A stretch of 56,805 bases of DNA from Chitinophagia bacterium (GCA_037128235.1 JBAXWU010000001.1:1-56805); one strand, 5' to 3'; positions 18,155 to 29,321 are shown, numbered from the stretch's first letter. The notes: generated by a model not told the origin, from the letters alone. Made by a program: numbers and translations.

Positions 18155-20887
18155 ATGAATAAAATAATACTATTTTTTCTAGTTTTTATTTGTTTACAAA
18201 CTAGTGCACAGAAAAAGGAATTAGACCATACAGTCTATGATAGTTGGCAATCCATTAGAGAAACTTCCTTTCATCCTCAGGGGAAATTTATTACCTATAC
18301 CATTAACCCTCAAGAAGGAGATGGAAATTTAATAATAAGAAATGTACAAACAGGTAATGAAATAAATATTGCAAGAGCTACTCAAGCCCTTTTTACTGAA
18401 AATGGTGAGTATCTCGTAGCTAAAATCAAACCCAGTTTTGCCGAAACCAGAAAGGCTAAAATGGATAAAAAGAAAGCAGATGAAATGCCCAAAGACAGTT
18501 TGGTCATTGTAGCCTTAGCTACTAGTAGTATTCAAAAAATTCCTTCTGTAAAAAGTTTTCAAGTGGCTGAACATGGAAATGATATTATTGTTTATTTAAA
18601 AGATAAAAAAGGAGATATTAGTAAAGAAGGTTCCGACTTAGTGATGAGAGATTTATCATCTGCTAAAGAAAAAACTTTCTCTAATGTATCTCAATATTTA
18701 ATTCATCCAAAAGCATTAGGTGTGGCTATGTATCAGGTGAAAACCAAACAAAAAGACGCACAAGTGGCTTTAGCTAGTATTGCAGATACTAATCTTAAAG
18801 TATTAACCAACAAAGTGTATACGGCTACCAATTTGACCTGGGATGAAGAGGGAAAACAGTTAGCTTATTTGGTAGAAAAAGATAGTGCCGATAAAGCTCT
18901 ACAAAAAAATTATTATCTAGCTTATTATACACCATCAAAAGATGAAGCTGCTTCAATATTTGATAAAACTAGTAATGCCATTCCCATTAATTATACCATT
19001 GGCGGAGATAGAAAAATAAAATTTAGTAAATCAGGTAACAAACTAGAACTAGGAGTGCAACCCATACTACCTATTAAAGACACTAGTTTACCCGATTTCG
19101 AAAGAGTAAGTGTTGATATCTGGCATTATAATGATCCCATCATTCAACCGGCTCAACAAAAAGCATTAGAAAGCACTTTAAAGAGTACAGAATTAGTGGT
19201 AATAAACACTATCACTAAAAATGCTACCTACTTAGGTAAAATAAAAGATAGAGATCTAATGACTACGGAGGAAGGGGATGGGGCCTTTACCTATGCCACC
19301 ATTGATTCTACCTATTTATTAGCTTCTCAATGGCAAGGATTTTCCTTGAAAGATATTTATGTCATTCAAACAAATAATGGCCAAAGAAAATTAATTCAAA
19401 AAGAGTGGAAGGGTAATGTATTAAGCCCTTCATATAATGGTAATGCCTTGGTGTATTATGATGAACCTCAAAAAAAATATTTTGCTTATAATGCCTTAAC
19501 AGGAAAGACCATTCAAATTGCAAAGGACATTAAAACATCTTTATTTGATGAAGAGAACGATTTACCTGATGATCCTAATGCTTATGGTATTGCAAAGTGG
19601 ATGGAAAACAACCAACAATTAATTATTTATGATAGATATGATCTTTGGCTAGTTGATGCAAATGGAATTGCCGCCTCTGTTAAATTAACGAATGGAAGAA
19701 ATAATAAAATTATTTCAAGATTTGTAGAAACCGATAAAGACCGTAACACTTTAGCTAAAAATGCATCCATCTTCATTAAAGGATTTAGCGAAGTTGATAA
19801 ATCTGAATTAGTTTCCGTATTAAATTTAGGCAACCTTTCGATGACCTTGGTCAATCAAGTACCTATGCATTTTACCACCATTATTGGTGCTGCACATTCT
19901 AGTGATATAGCAGTAATGCAAGAAGATGAAGTCAAATCACCTAGTTTATATTTATATTATTTGGAGGCTAAAAAACAAAACCCATCTAGTATTACTACTA
20001 TTAATACACAACAAGCTTCTTACAATTGGATGAGCGCTCAAATTGTAAAATGGAAAGCGTATACCGGTAAAATAGCGGAGGGTGTATTATACTTACCTGA
20101 GAATTTCAATGCTAAGAAAAAATACCCCATGATTGTCTATTTCTATGAAAGAAATAATCAAACACTTCATAATTATTTAGCACCCGCACCTACACCTTCT
20201 CGATTGAATATTCCATTTTTTGCCAGCAGGGGCTATATCGTATTTGTACCAGATATTTGGTACAAAACAGGTTATCCAGGACAATCTGCCTATGATTATA
20301 TCTTAAGTGGTACAAGAGCTATGATACAAAAAGGTTTTGTGGATAGTACCAAGGTGGGTTTACAAGGTCAAAGTTGGGGAGGGTATCAAATTGCTTATTT
20401 AATTACTAAGACCAATTTATACGCTGCAGCTTGGGCAGGAGCGCCTGTGGTGAATATGACAAGTGCTTATTCAGGTATTCGATGGGGGCCGGGTATTAGC
20501 CGTCAATTCCAATATGAGAAATCACAAACAAGATTAGGCGCAAGCTTATGGGAAAGACCCGATTTATATATAAAGAACTCTCCATTATTCTCATTGCCTA
20601 ATATTAAAACACCATTAGTGATTATGAGTAATGACGCTGACGATGCAGTGCCATGGTATCAAGGTATTGAAATGTACAGTGATATGAAGCGTTTGAACAA
20701 GAAGGTTTGGTTATTGGTTTACAATAATGAAGCGCATAATTTAGTAGAGCGTAGAAATAGAAAAGATATACAAATAAGAGAACAACAATTCTTCGATAGT
20801 TATTTAAAAGGAGCACCCATGCCAGAATGGTTATCGAAAGGAGTGCCTGCAGTAATGAAAGGAAGAACCTGGGGTTTGAATTATTAA
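18155..20887 (+). CDS. Secreted S9 family (prolyl oligopeptidase-like) serine peptidase
   Basis: Signal peptide, beta-propeller region, GQSWGG nucleophile, DADDAVP, EAHNL. ATG at 18155. Confidence 0.9.
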   Translation: MNKIILFFLVFICLQTSAQKKELDHTVYDSWQSIRETSFHPQGKFITYTINPQEGDGNLIIRNVQTGNEINIARATQALFTENGEYLVAKIKPSFAETRKAKMDKKKADEMPKDSLVIVALATSSIQKIPSVKSFQVAEHGNDIIVYLKDKKGDISKEGSDLVMRDLSSAKEKTFSNVSQYLIHPKALGVAMYQVKTKQKDAQVALASIADTNLKVLTNKVYTATNLTWDEEGKQLAYLVEKDSADKALQKNYYLAYYTPSKDEAASIFDKTSNAIPINYTIGGDRKIKFSKSGNKLELGVQPILPIKDTSLPDFERVSVDIWHYNDPIIQPAQQKALESTLKSTELVVINTITKNATYLGKIKDRDLMTTEEGDGAFTYATIDSTYLLASQWQGFSLKDIYVIQTNNGQRKLIQKEWKGNVLSPSYNGNALVYYDEPQKKYFAYNALTGKTIQIAKDIKTSLFDEENDLPDDPNAYGIAKWMENNQQLIIYDRYDLWLVDANGIAASVKLTNGRNNKIISRFVETDKDRNTLAKNASIFIKGFSEVDKSELVSVLNLGNLSMTLVNQVPMHFTTIIGAAHSSDIAVMQEDEVKSPSLYLYYLEAKKQNPSSITTINTQQASYNWMSAQIVKWKAYTGKIAEGVLYLPENFNAKKKYPMIVYFYERNNQTLHNYLAPAPTPSRLNIPFFASRGYIVFVPDIWYKTGYPGQSAYDYILSGTRAMIQKGFVDSTKVGLQGQSWGGYQIAYLITKTNLYAAAWAGAPVVNMTSAYSGIRWGPGISRQFQYEKSQTRLGASLWERPDLYIKNSPLFSLPNIKTPLVIMSNDADDAVPWYQGIEMYSDMKRLNKKVWLLVYNNEAHNLVERRNRKDIQIREQQFFDSYLKGAPMPEWLSKGVPAVMKGRTWGLNY

Positions 20888-20945
20888 ATTAATGCTAATT
20901 AAAATTGAAAAATTAAACTCAAAATTTCTAGCACTCATTGACATT

Positions 20946-20975
20946 AAAAAGCCCCGATATATCGGGGCTTTTTTT
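20946..20975. terminator. Bidirectional intrinsic terminator
   Basis: AAAAA-GCCCCGAT-AT-ATCGGGGC-TTTTTTT between convergent genes. Confidence 0.85.
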
Positions 20976-20995
20976 ATACTTTTTTTATACTTAGT

Positions 20996-22498
20996 TTACA
21001 CATATTGAAACCACTGTCTATTGGGATCCCAATTTTCAATTTCTTTACCCACAGCGGATAAGAATTTTGAACCCATGGCGCCATCTACAATTCGGTGATC
21101 ATAGCTCATGCTTATAAACATCATATGACGCACAAGAATTGCATCGCCAGAAGTTGTTTCAACTACCACGGCTCTTTTCTTAATGGCTCCTAATGCAAGA
21201 ATGGCTACCTGTGGTTGATTAATAATGGGTGTGCCCATAATACTTCCAAAAGAACCTACATTGGTAACAGTGAATGTTCCCCCTTGGGTATCGGTTGGTT
21301 TTAATTGACCATTTCTTGCAGCTTGCGCTAAATTATTAACCGCTTTAGTAATACCTACTATACTTAATTGATTAGCCCCTTTAATAACAGGCACTATTAA
21401 ATTACCAGTAGGAAGGGCAGTGGCCATTCCAATATTAATATCTTTTTTAAGAATAATTTGATCGCCTTCTAAACTACAGTTAATCATTGGGAATTGCTCA
21501 AGCACAGTAGCAATTGATTCTAAAAACATGGGAGTATAAGTAATTTTAGTGCCTTCTCTTCTTTCGAATAAATCTTTTACTTTATCTCTCCATACAACCA
21601 TATTGGTTACATCCACTTCCACAAAGGATGTTACGTGCGGACTGGTTTGAACACTACCCACCATATGCTTTGCAATTAACTTGCGCATACGATCCATTTC
21701 AATAATTTCAGTAGCCCCTGTCACAATTACCTCATGAGGATTCGCTAGTTTGGAAGAAGCAGAAAAATTAGCAGACGTATTTTCATATACATCTAATGGC
21801 TTATTGAGAAGAGGTCTTGTAGCAGGTTCATTTACGATTGGCTCCTGTATAGTTTGAGTAGTTTGCTCCTGTATAATTTGTTCATATACAATGTCCTCCT
21901 TTATCATAGGACTTGGTGATTGAATACCCATTTTTTTGCGCGCAATAAAATCTAAAATATCTTTTTTAGTAATTCTGCCATTAGCTCCAGTGCCATTAAT
22001 ATACTGTAGTTCATCCATACCTACACCTTCGTTCTGCGCAATATTTAAAACTAAGGGAGAATAAAATTTAGCTTCCACAACTAGATTTGTTTTAACCTCT
22101 TTATTTAATATAATTTCTTTTTGAATACTTGCTGTAGGAACAAATGGAACTTCTTCGATAGCAGCTGGTTCTTTAGTTACTATATTTTCGATAATAGTAT
22201 CTAGTTTCTTTTCTACAATGGGGGCAGTAATAATAGGACTAGCTGTATTTGAATGCGCAGTAGTGCTAATTCTTGCTATAACCGTTCCAATAGGAACGAC
22301 GCTATTTACTTCAAATAATATTTCTGTAATAGTGCCTTCTGTGGAGGAAGGAATCTCGCTATCTACCTTATCGGTAGCAATATCCAATAGTGTTTCATCC
22401 AATTGAATAGTATCACCTACTTTTTTGTGCCATTTTAAAATGGTCGCCTCCATGATACTTTCACCCAACTTAGGTAAAACTAGATCCACAATTGGCAT
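20996..22498 (-). CDS. 2-oxoacid dehydrogenase E2 (dihydrolipoamide acyltransferase), probably branched-chain type
   Basis: Lipoyl motif ATDKV, E3-binding SPLV...GTGANGRITKKD, catalytic DHRIVDG. ATG at 22498; TATTTTTG at 22521-22514 on the minus strand. Confidence 0.88.
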   Translation of the reverse strand: MPIVDLVLPKLGESIMEATILKWHKKVGDTIQLDETLLDIATDKVDSEIPSSTEGTITEILFEVNSVVPIGTVIARISTTAHSNTASPIITAPIVEKKLDTIIENIVTKEPAAIEEVPFVPTASIQKEIILNKEVKTNLVVEAKFYSPLVLNIAQNEGVGMDELQYINGTGANGRITKKDILDFIARKKMGIQSPSPMIKEDIVYEQIIQEQTTQTIQEPIVNEPATRPLLNKPLDVYENTSANFSASSKLANPHEVIVTGATEIIEMDRMRKLIAKHMVGSVQTSPHVTSFVEVDVTNMVVWRDKVKDLFERREGTKITYTPMFLESIATVLEQFPMINCSLEGDQIILKKDINIGMATALPTGNLIVPVIKGANQLSIVGITKAVNNLAQAARNGQLKPTDTQGGTFTVTNVGSFGSIMGTPIINQPQVAILALGAIKKRAVVVETTSGDAILVRHMMFISMSYDHRIVDGAMGSKFLSAVGKEIENWDPNRQWFQYV

Positions 22499-22524
22499 AT
22501 GAGTTAATTTTAGCAAAAATAAGA

Positions 22525-23781
22525 CTAAATCTTATTGATAATTAATAACCTAAGTAAATTTATAGCCTGATTAGCCGTTACTTCTATATTCCTTAACCTG
22601 TCAAACCTTAGATAAAATACCTTGGAAACTACTTTTTCTTTACTTGCCACTCCCACCCAAACCATTCCCAATGGCTTTTCATCGGTTTGGCCACTCGGCC
22701 CCATTATACCACTCACTGAAATAGCATAATCTGTATTCATTTTTTTTCTTACCGCTAAGGCCATTTGTTCAACCGCTTCTTTACTTACTGCTCCCACCGT
22801 TTGTAAGATTTCAGTAGGAACGTCTAAAAATTCGGTTTTAATACGATTATCATAACTAATAATGCCTCCTGTATAAAACTGAGAAGAACCTGCATTTTTG
22901 GATAATAAATGGCCAATATAACCACCTGTGCAGCTTTCGGCAGTGGACACTGTTTGCTTTCTTTGTTTTAATAAATTACCCACCACTATTTCCATGGTTT
23001 CATCAGCGTCGGTCACTAAATATTCTTTAACAGCTTCCTTTAAAGCCTCAAATTGAGTATTTAGTTCCTTTTCTAAGGCTTTTTGATCTTGACTAGATCC
23101 GGTTAATCTAAGGCGAACCATTCCTACATTAGGTAAGTAGGCTAGTTTAATATTGGCAGGTAATGCCTTTTCAAAATGGGTAATATTTTCTGCTAAAAAG
23201 GATTCTCCAATACCTGCTGTTAAAAGTGTTTTATGCGCAATAAAATGGGAGGTAAATGATTTTTGGATAACTGGAATAACTTGATTTTCTGTCAGCCATC
23301 TCATCTCATGTGGTACACCGGGCAAAGAGAAATAATAAACACCTTCTTTTTTAAATAACATTCCAGGAGCAGTTCCTTTTTCATTAAATAAAACCTCACA
23401 TACATCAGGCACTTCGGCTTGCTTTCGGTTTCGGTCAATCATGGGTCTTTTATGAATCGTCTCAAAAATATAGGTGATATGATCTAGACTTGGTTGATGC
23501 ACAACCATTTTGCCCCCAAAATATTCATTGAGTAGGGGTTTGGTAATATCATCGGCTGTAGGCCCTAAACCGCCGGTGAGTATAATTATTTTACTTTTTT
23601 GGGAAGCTGTGTCTAAGGCATTAATGATATCGTTTTTGTTATCGCCTACCGCAATTCTACTGTTAACGGGTATGCCAATTTTCAAAAGGGCTTGCGCAAT
23701 AAAGGCACTGTTTGTATCAATAACTTGACCAATTAATAACTCGTCTCCGATGGTAATAATAGTTGCTTGAATAGGGTTCAT
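22525..23781 (-). CDS. cinA: CinA family NMN deamidase-related protein
   Basis: IGDELLIGQVIDTN, TGGLGPTADD, LPGVPHEM, AESCTGG. Confidence 0.92.
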   Translation of the reverse strand: MNPIQATIITIGDELLIGQVIDTNSAFIAQALLKIGIPVNSRIAVGDNKNDIINALDTASQKSKIIILTGGLGPTADDITKPLLNEYFGGKMVVHQPSLDHITYIFETIHKRPMIDRNRKQAEVPDVCEVLFNEKGTAPGMLFKKEGVYYFSLPGVPHEMRWLTENQVIPVIQKSFTSHFIAHKTLLTAGIGESFLAENITHFEKALPANIKLAYLPNVGMVRLRLTGSSQDQKALEKELNTQFEALKEAVKEYLVTDADETMEIVVGNLLKQRKQTVSTAESCTGGYIGHLLSKNAGSSQFYTGGIISYDNRIKTEFLDVPTEILQTVGAVSKEAVEQMALAVRKKMNTDYAISVSGIMGPSGQTDEKPLGMVWVGVASKEKVVSKVFYLRFDRLRNIEVTANQAINLLRLLIINKI

Positions 23782-23827
23782 TGAGTCAGGGTTATAGGGT
23801 GCAAAGTAAACTAAAAAACAGCGGTTT

Positions 23828-24238
23828 TTATCTAAAATAAGAGCTTAGTTTTTCTAGCATAGTTGCTGGCATACTAGCTCTTTTTCCCAGTTTATTGTCC
23901 ATAAAATAAAGCTTCACTTTACCAATAGTTAATAATTTCCCTTCCTCGTTATAAATCTCCTGATCAAATATAATTTTATGTTCTGTAGGCAACTCTTTGA
24001 TTTGGGATTTGATAGTTAGTAAATCGTCGTATTTAGCAGGTCTCAAATACTTAATATTTAATTCCACTACAGGTAGCATAATACCCATATCCTCAATGCC
24101 TTTATAGCTAATGCCTAGGTTTCTTAAGCTTTCTACTCTGCCCACTTCAAAATATTGGGCATAATTGCCATAATAAACCACATTCATAGGATCAGCTTCT
24201 GCATACCTTACTCTTACCTGGGTGTTGAATTCGTACAT
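23828..24238 (-). CDS. Acyl-CoA thioesterase (YbgC/4HBT family)
   Basis: RVRYAEADPMNVVYYGNYAQYFEVGR. TAAATTTG at 24265-24258 on the minus strand. Confidence 0.88.
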   Translation of the reverse strand: MYEFNTQVRVRYAEADPMNVVYYGNYAQYFEVGRVESLRNLGISYKGIEDMGIMLPVVELNIKYLRPAKYDDLLTIKSQIKELPTEHKIIFDQEIYNEEGKLLTIGKVKLYFMDNKLGKRASMPATMLEKLSSYFR

Positions 24239-24354
24239 ATTTTATTGTTATTGTTAACAAATTTACGAATGAATTCTGTTTTTCCACAATAAGGGGTAAA
24301 TAAGCTTCGTTTTATAAGTAGAGCGTAATTTTAGGTAATTAATAAACAAGCAGC

Positions 24355-27300
24355 ATGTTATCATTGAGCAATAGAATCGGGGGTCTTTTTATATTAATGA
24401 TTTTTGTATTTCATGCAAAAGCTCAATATAGCCAAAATGCTAGTCCTTCAGCCCCCCTTTTCCAAAAAGGGATCAATGCATTACATCAAAAAGATACACT
24501 GGCTGCTTTTCAATACATACAATCGGCTTATCATTTTAAGTCAAATCAAGAAAATTTTAATAAAGACAACACAAGTGAGGATATTGATTATTACTACACC
24601 TACTTGTCACTTGTTTTACAAAAACCTGAAGCTGAAAATTTAGCCATTCAATATTTAAAATTATCTACTAACAAGATTTTTAATGCTAGGATGAACTTCT
24701 TTTTAGGGGACTATTATGTTAAAAAACAAAATACCCAGGAGGCCTTACATAGTTTTGATAAAGTAAGCATTGCCGATTTGAGCAATGAAGAACTGATTAC
24801 CCTAAAATATCTACAAGGCTATTTATATTTTAAATTAGGTAATTGGGATAAGGCCACTAGTTTATTAAATAGTAGCAGACAGTTAAAGCAATCATTATAT
24901 TATACCGATGCCAATTACTATGCAGGTTTCATTGCACTTCAAAAAAAGGAATTTTCTTTGGCTTTAGCATGTTTTGAAATTGCCAGTAATAATGAGGCTT
25001 ATGCAAGCTTAACGCCTTTTTATATTAGTCAGATTTACTATTTTAATGGAGATATTGATGCTGCTATGGTCAATTGTGAAAAAGCTTTGCAATTAGAAGG
25101 GCAGTACTATAACATCCAATTACAGCAGCTAATGGGGCATTTATTGTTTGAGAAAAAACAATATCAAAAAGCGGTTCCTTACTTAGCAAAATATGTGGCC
25201 GCACAAGACAATGTGGAAGTACAAGATTTATACCAACTTTCTTTTTGTTATTTCCAAGATCAACAATGGGAGAAGTCTATTGCAGGTTTTAAAAAATTAG
25301 CCAATGTGAATGATTCCTTAGGTCAAAATAGTATGTACTTATTAGGAACCGCTTATTTAAAAGTTAATGACAAAAATGGAGCTAAGAATGCATTTATGCT
25401 CTGTGCTTCAAAAAGTATCAATTTAGCACAAAAAGAAATTTCATTATTTAATTATGGAAAGCTACTTGTAGAACTAAAAGAGTACAGTATTGCGGTGACT
25501 GTTTTAGACAAGTTTATGGAAAACTATCCTCAGTCTATTTACTTTACTGAATCAAAATCTTTGTGGATTACTGCCTTAGCTTATAATAATAATTTTAAGC
25601 AAGCATTAGAGGCCTTTGTTTTAATTGAAACCCCAACACTAGAATTATTAAAAATATATCCGGCCATTTTATATGGATTATCCTGTAATTATATCAATGA
25701 TGGGGAAGTAGAAAAAGCCTATGGATTATTGAATCAGTTAAGAAATGCGCCTTATAATGGTAATTATTTATCGGCTACTCATTTTTGGTTAGGTGAAATA
25801 AGTTATAAGATGGGCCTCGTTACCGATGCTATAAGCTATTTACAGAAATATATGTTGGATCCCGTAAATAATGGAGAAGTCAATGTTACGAATGCCCGTT
25901 ATATATTAGGCTATTGTTATTTAAAAAATGGAGCTTATCAAAAAGCTTTCTTACAGTTTAAAGAAATAACAAGTATACTTCCAGGTGCAGCATTAGATCA
26001 TTTTCAACAAGATGCCTATGTTAGAGTTGCAGATTGTCAAATGATGTTAAAGAAAATGAATGACGCCTTAGCAACTTATCAGCATGTCATAGATTTATCT
26101 TGGACTTATGCGGACTATGCTTTTTTACAAAAAGCTACTATATTAGGTGGGATAGGGAAGGTAAACGAGAAAATTAAGATGCTTACTGCTTACGAAACTA
26201 TTTTTCCAAGTTCCACTTATATAAATGATGCAAGAATGGAATTGGCAGATACTTATGTAAGTCAAGAAAAGTTTCAAGATGCTATTGCGCCATTAACTAA
26301 AATTAGCTTGGATAAATCAGCGATACAATTTTATCCTCAAGCTTATTATAAATTAGGTATTGTTTATTTTAATTTGGATAAAAATCAAATGGCACTTAAT
26401 ACTTTCAAAGAATTATATGCAACCTATCCTAAATCTATTGAAAGTGAAAATGCCATTGAATATATACGTAATATCTTTATAGAGGATCAAACCCCAGAAT
26501 TATACGTTCAGTTTATGAATGATTATGGACATCCTTTGACAGTCAATGAACAAGATTCTTTAATATTTAGGGCATCAGTGATTAAGTATGAGCAAAAAAG
26601 ATATACAGAATCGGCCATAGGCTTTGGCGGTTATTTACAAAAATATCCCAATGGTAAGTACAGTCTAGAAGCCACCCATTTAATGGCAGAAATAGCTTAT
26701 TCAAAACAAGCCTATGATACAGCCTTAGTTTATTTTTCAAAAATAGCAGATATAGCACCCAATGCCTATGCAGAAAGAGCTGCACTTATTGCCGCCCGAT
26801 TAAATTATTTTAATTATCAAAATTACGATTTAGCTGAAAAATATTTTTCTATATTATTGCAAATTGCTACACAGAAAGAAAATAGTACTGAAGCCAATAA
26901 AGGTTTGTTAAGATGCCAATATAAAGCTAGGAAATGGGTAGATGCTAATAATATTGCCCAACAAATAATAGCCGATAAAAATAGTGCCATGGATGATATT
27001 GAAATGGCCAATATGACGATTTATCATCAAAAATTAATAGCAGTAGATACTAGTGCAGCAGTTCTAATACTAAATAAAGTCATTAAAAATGGGTCCAGCG
27101 TTATTACAGCGGAAGCTCATTACCAATTAGCCAATTTATATTTATTACAAAATAAGTTAAGCTTGGCGGAGAAAACTGCTTTTGATATTATTAAAAAACA
27201 AGCTTCTTATGAATTTTGGGTCACTAAAACATATATTTTATTAGGAGATATTTATGTTGCACAGAAGGATACATTTAATGCCATCGCTACCTATAAGAGT

Positions 27301-27387
27301 GTGGCCGATAATGCCACTATTGAACCACTTAAAATTGTTGCTGCTCAAAAGTTGAAAGAACTAACAGAAACACCAACAATTAAATAA
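24355..27387 (+). CDS. Large secreted tetratricopeptide repeat protein
   Basis: Signal peptide (AKA-Q) followed by many TPR-like helical repeats over about 1000 aa. Confidence 0.85.
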   Translation: MLSLSNRIGGLFILMIFVFHAKAQYSQNASPSAPLFQKGINALHQKDTLAAFQYIQSAYHFKSNQENFNKDNTSEDIDYYYTYLSLVLQKPEAENLAIQYLKLSTNKIFNARMNFFLGDYYVKKQNTQEALHSFDKVSIADLSNEELITLKYLQGYLYFKLGNWDKATSLLNSSRQLKQSLYYTDANYYAGFIALQKKEFSLALACFEIASNNEAYASLTPFYISQIYYFNGDIDAAMVNCEKALQLEGQYYNIQLQQLMGHLLFEKKQYQKAVPYLAKYVAAQDNVEVQDLYQLSFCYFQDQQWEKSIAGFKKLANVNDSLGQNSMYLLGTAYLKVNDKNGAKNAFMLCASKSINLAQKEISLFNYGKLLVELKEYSIAVTVLDKFMENYPQSIYFTESKSLWITALAYNNNFKQALEAFVLIETPTLELLKIYPAILYGLSCNYINDGEVEKAYGLLNQLRNAPYNGNYLSATHFWLGEISYKMGLVTDAISYLQKYMLDPVNNGEVNVTNARYILGYCYLKNGAYQKAFLQFKEITSILPGAALDHFQQDAYVRVADCQMMLKKMNDALATYQHVIDLSWTYADYAFLQKATILGGIGKVNEKIKMLTAYETIFPSSTYINDARMELADTYVSQEKFQDAIAPLTKISLDKSAIQFYPQAYYKLGIVYFNLDKNQMALNTFKELYATYPKSIESENAIEYIRNIFIEDQTPELYVQFMNDYGHPLTVNEQDSLIFRASVIKYEQKRYTESAIGFGGYLQKYPNGKYSLEATHLMAEIAYSKQAYDTALVYFSKIADIAPNAYAERAALIAARLNYFNYQNYDLAEKYFSILLQIATQKENSTEANKGLLRCQYKARKWVDANNIAQQIIADKNSAMDDIEMANMTIYHQKLIAVDTSAAVLILNKVIKNGSSVITAEAHYQLANLYLLQNKLSLAEKTAFDIIKKQASYEFWVTKTYILLGDIYVAQKDTFNAIATYKSVADNATIEPLKIVAAQKLKELTETPTIK

Positions 27388-27393
27388 CCCATT

Positions 27394-29319
27394 ATGAAGT
27401 ATTTTTTAAAATATAGTTTTTTATTCATTTGTATTTTATGTTTCTTAACAGTGGGTAATACTCAGCAAACAAATAAGAAAAAAGCAAATATTACTGCCAG
27501 TAAAAAAGTAGCTACTAATAAGAAAAAGAAATCTGCTAAGGCAAATAAAAGTAAAAAGACAGACAAAAAGACAAGCAAGAAGACAAGTAAGAAGAAAACT
27601 GTTAGTAATAGCAGTTCAATCAATAAGATGAACAATAGTGTCCTGCGTAGAAAAAATACAGCTAATTTAAATATTGAAACCGCCGATTTATCTAAACTTT
27701 TAACAACTAATAATATCGCAACGCCCAAGCTTGATACGGTTCCTGAAAAAGAAGTGAGTATTATTTCAGCCTTTAAGCCACAGCTTAAAAATATTGCAAA
27801 ATTAAATTTCACAAAAGCGACGAACCAAACTGATACGACTTTTACATCGCTAAATTATCAAGTACCCACGCAAAATTTAAGCTTTCAATATAGACCTATC
27901 TCTTTAATCCCAAGATCTTATAAGGAAAAAGAGACTTCTTTTCCAGTTAATACCACTAATTTAAAAGTTGGATTCGGAAATTACAACAATCAGTTTTTTG
28001 AAGCTACCTATAATGCAGTGGATAATAATAAAAATTCACATGCCTTTGAAGCTAATTTTGAAACATCTAAAGGTACTCAATATCTTCAGCAGTATAACCA
28101 TAAAAATTTTACCTATATTGGTAATATTAAAATAAATGAAAATAACGCTGTTCAAACCAATGTTTATTACCAAAATACGCAGCGCTACAGGTTTGGTTTA
28201 GTACCTGATAACAGTAGTTTATCCTTAGCTGCCTATGCACAACCCTTTTCGCTGTTTGGAACTTCTATTAAATGGGTGAATGAAAATTCAAATAGGCTAC
28301 TTATAAATAAACTATTTAATCCCACTATTAAATTTGAAAATCTTAAAGGGCTTGCCTCTACCAATAATACATGGCTGGAAATGTTCAACCCCATAAGCTT
28401 TACATTGAAAGGTACTGGTAAACTTAATTTAGATTTTAGTTATAATTATAATAAGTATTCACATAGTAACTATGCAAATCAAACCAATTCAATATTTATA
28501 ATACAACCCTCTATTGAACTAAATAAATGGAATGCTAATATTAAAGTAGGTGTTAACCCTAGTTTCACTACTAAAGAATTTTCTTTGTTTCCCCTTATTC
28601 AATTTAGTAAAAAATTAAATGATACTAATTATTTATTAGTAGCGAATTGGCAAACTATTTTAACCAATAATAATTATGCTAGTCTTTCTATGATAAACCC
28701 ATGGTTAGCAGCACCCACTATTTTAAAAATTACTACCCAAGAGAAAAAAGCATTAGATCTTTATATCAATGCATCTAAATCATTACAATACAGTTTTGGA
28801 TTATCTTTAAATGATTATCATAATATACCTTTTTTTAACAGAATCAATTATGTAGCTAAATCGCAATTTTTGGGTTTACAATACCAACCTATATTTGAAA
28901 ATAGAGCCGTTACTTTAGAATTTGTTTCTTCCATGCGTTATCAAATAAGCAACCAATTCATTCTAAAAGCAAATGCTAAGTATATTCAATTTAATTCCAT
29001 CAAGGAAAACACTAATGCTTGGGGGATTTTACCTTTGAATCTTAATGGAGCGCTTAGTTGGTTTCCTAGAAAAAAATGGTCAATAGATGGGGTTATGCAA
29101 TATTGGTCAGGCGCTTCCTTCCAAAATGATGCCAATAATGCTTATGATTTAAAGAACACGCTGGTTTTAAACGCCTCCTTTAATTATCAATTAACCACGC
29201 ACTTGAAGGCCTGGGCAAAAGGGGAGAACTTATTGGATAAAAAGTATCAACGATGGGCAGAATATCCCTCTTTAGGAGTACAATTAATTGCTGGTATCGT
29301 ATATTCGTTTCATAAATAA
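27394..29319 (+). CDS. Putative outer-membrane beta-barrel (TonB-receptor-like) protein with Lys-rich N-terminus
   Basis: Signal peptide, alternating aromatic beta strands, C-terminal GENLLDKKYQRWAEYPSLG...GIVYSF. Confidence 0.7.
   Translation: MKYFLKYSFLFICILCFLTVGNTQQTNKKKANITASKKVATNKKKKSAKANKSKKTDKKTSKKTSKKKTVSNSSSINKMNNSVLRRKNTANLNIETADLSKLLTTNNIATPKLDTVPEKEVSIISAFKPQLKNIAKLNFTKATNQTDTTFTSLNYQVPTQNLSFQYRPISLIPRSYKEKETSFPVNTTNLKVGFGNYNNQFFEATYNAVDNNKNSHAFEANFETSKGTQYLQQYNHKNFTYIGNIKINENNAVQTNVYYQNTQRYRFGLVPDNSSLSLAAYAQPFSLFGTSIKWVNENSNRLLINKLFNPTIKFENLKGLASTNNTWLEMFNPISFTLKGTGKLNLDFSYNYNKYSHSNYANQTNSIFIIQPSIELNKWNANIKVGVNPSFTTKEFSLFPLIQFSKKLNDTNYLLVANWQTILTNNNYASLSMINPWLAAPTILKITTQEKKALDLYINASKSLQYSFGLSLNDYHNIPFFNRINYVAKSQFLGLQYQPIFENRAVTLEFVSSMRYQISNQFILKANAKYIQFNSIKENTNAWGILPLNLNGALSWFPRKKWSIDGVMQYWSGASFQNDANNAYDLKNTLVLNASFNYQLTTHLKAWAKGENLLDKKYQRWAEYPSLGVQLIAGIVYSFHK
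27553..27600 (+). repeat. Four copies of a 12-bp coding repeat (KKTD/KKTS/KKTS/KKKT)
   Basis: AAAAAGACAGAC AAAAAGACAAGC AAGAAGACAAGT AAGAAGAAAACT. Confidence 0.7.
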
Positions 29320-29321
29320 CT

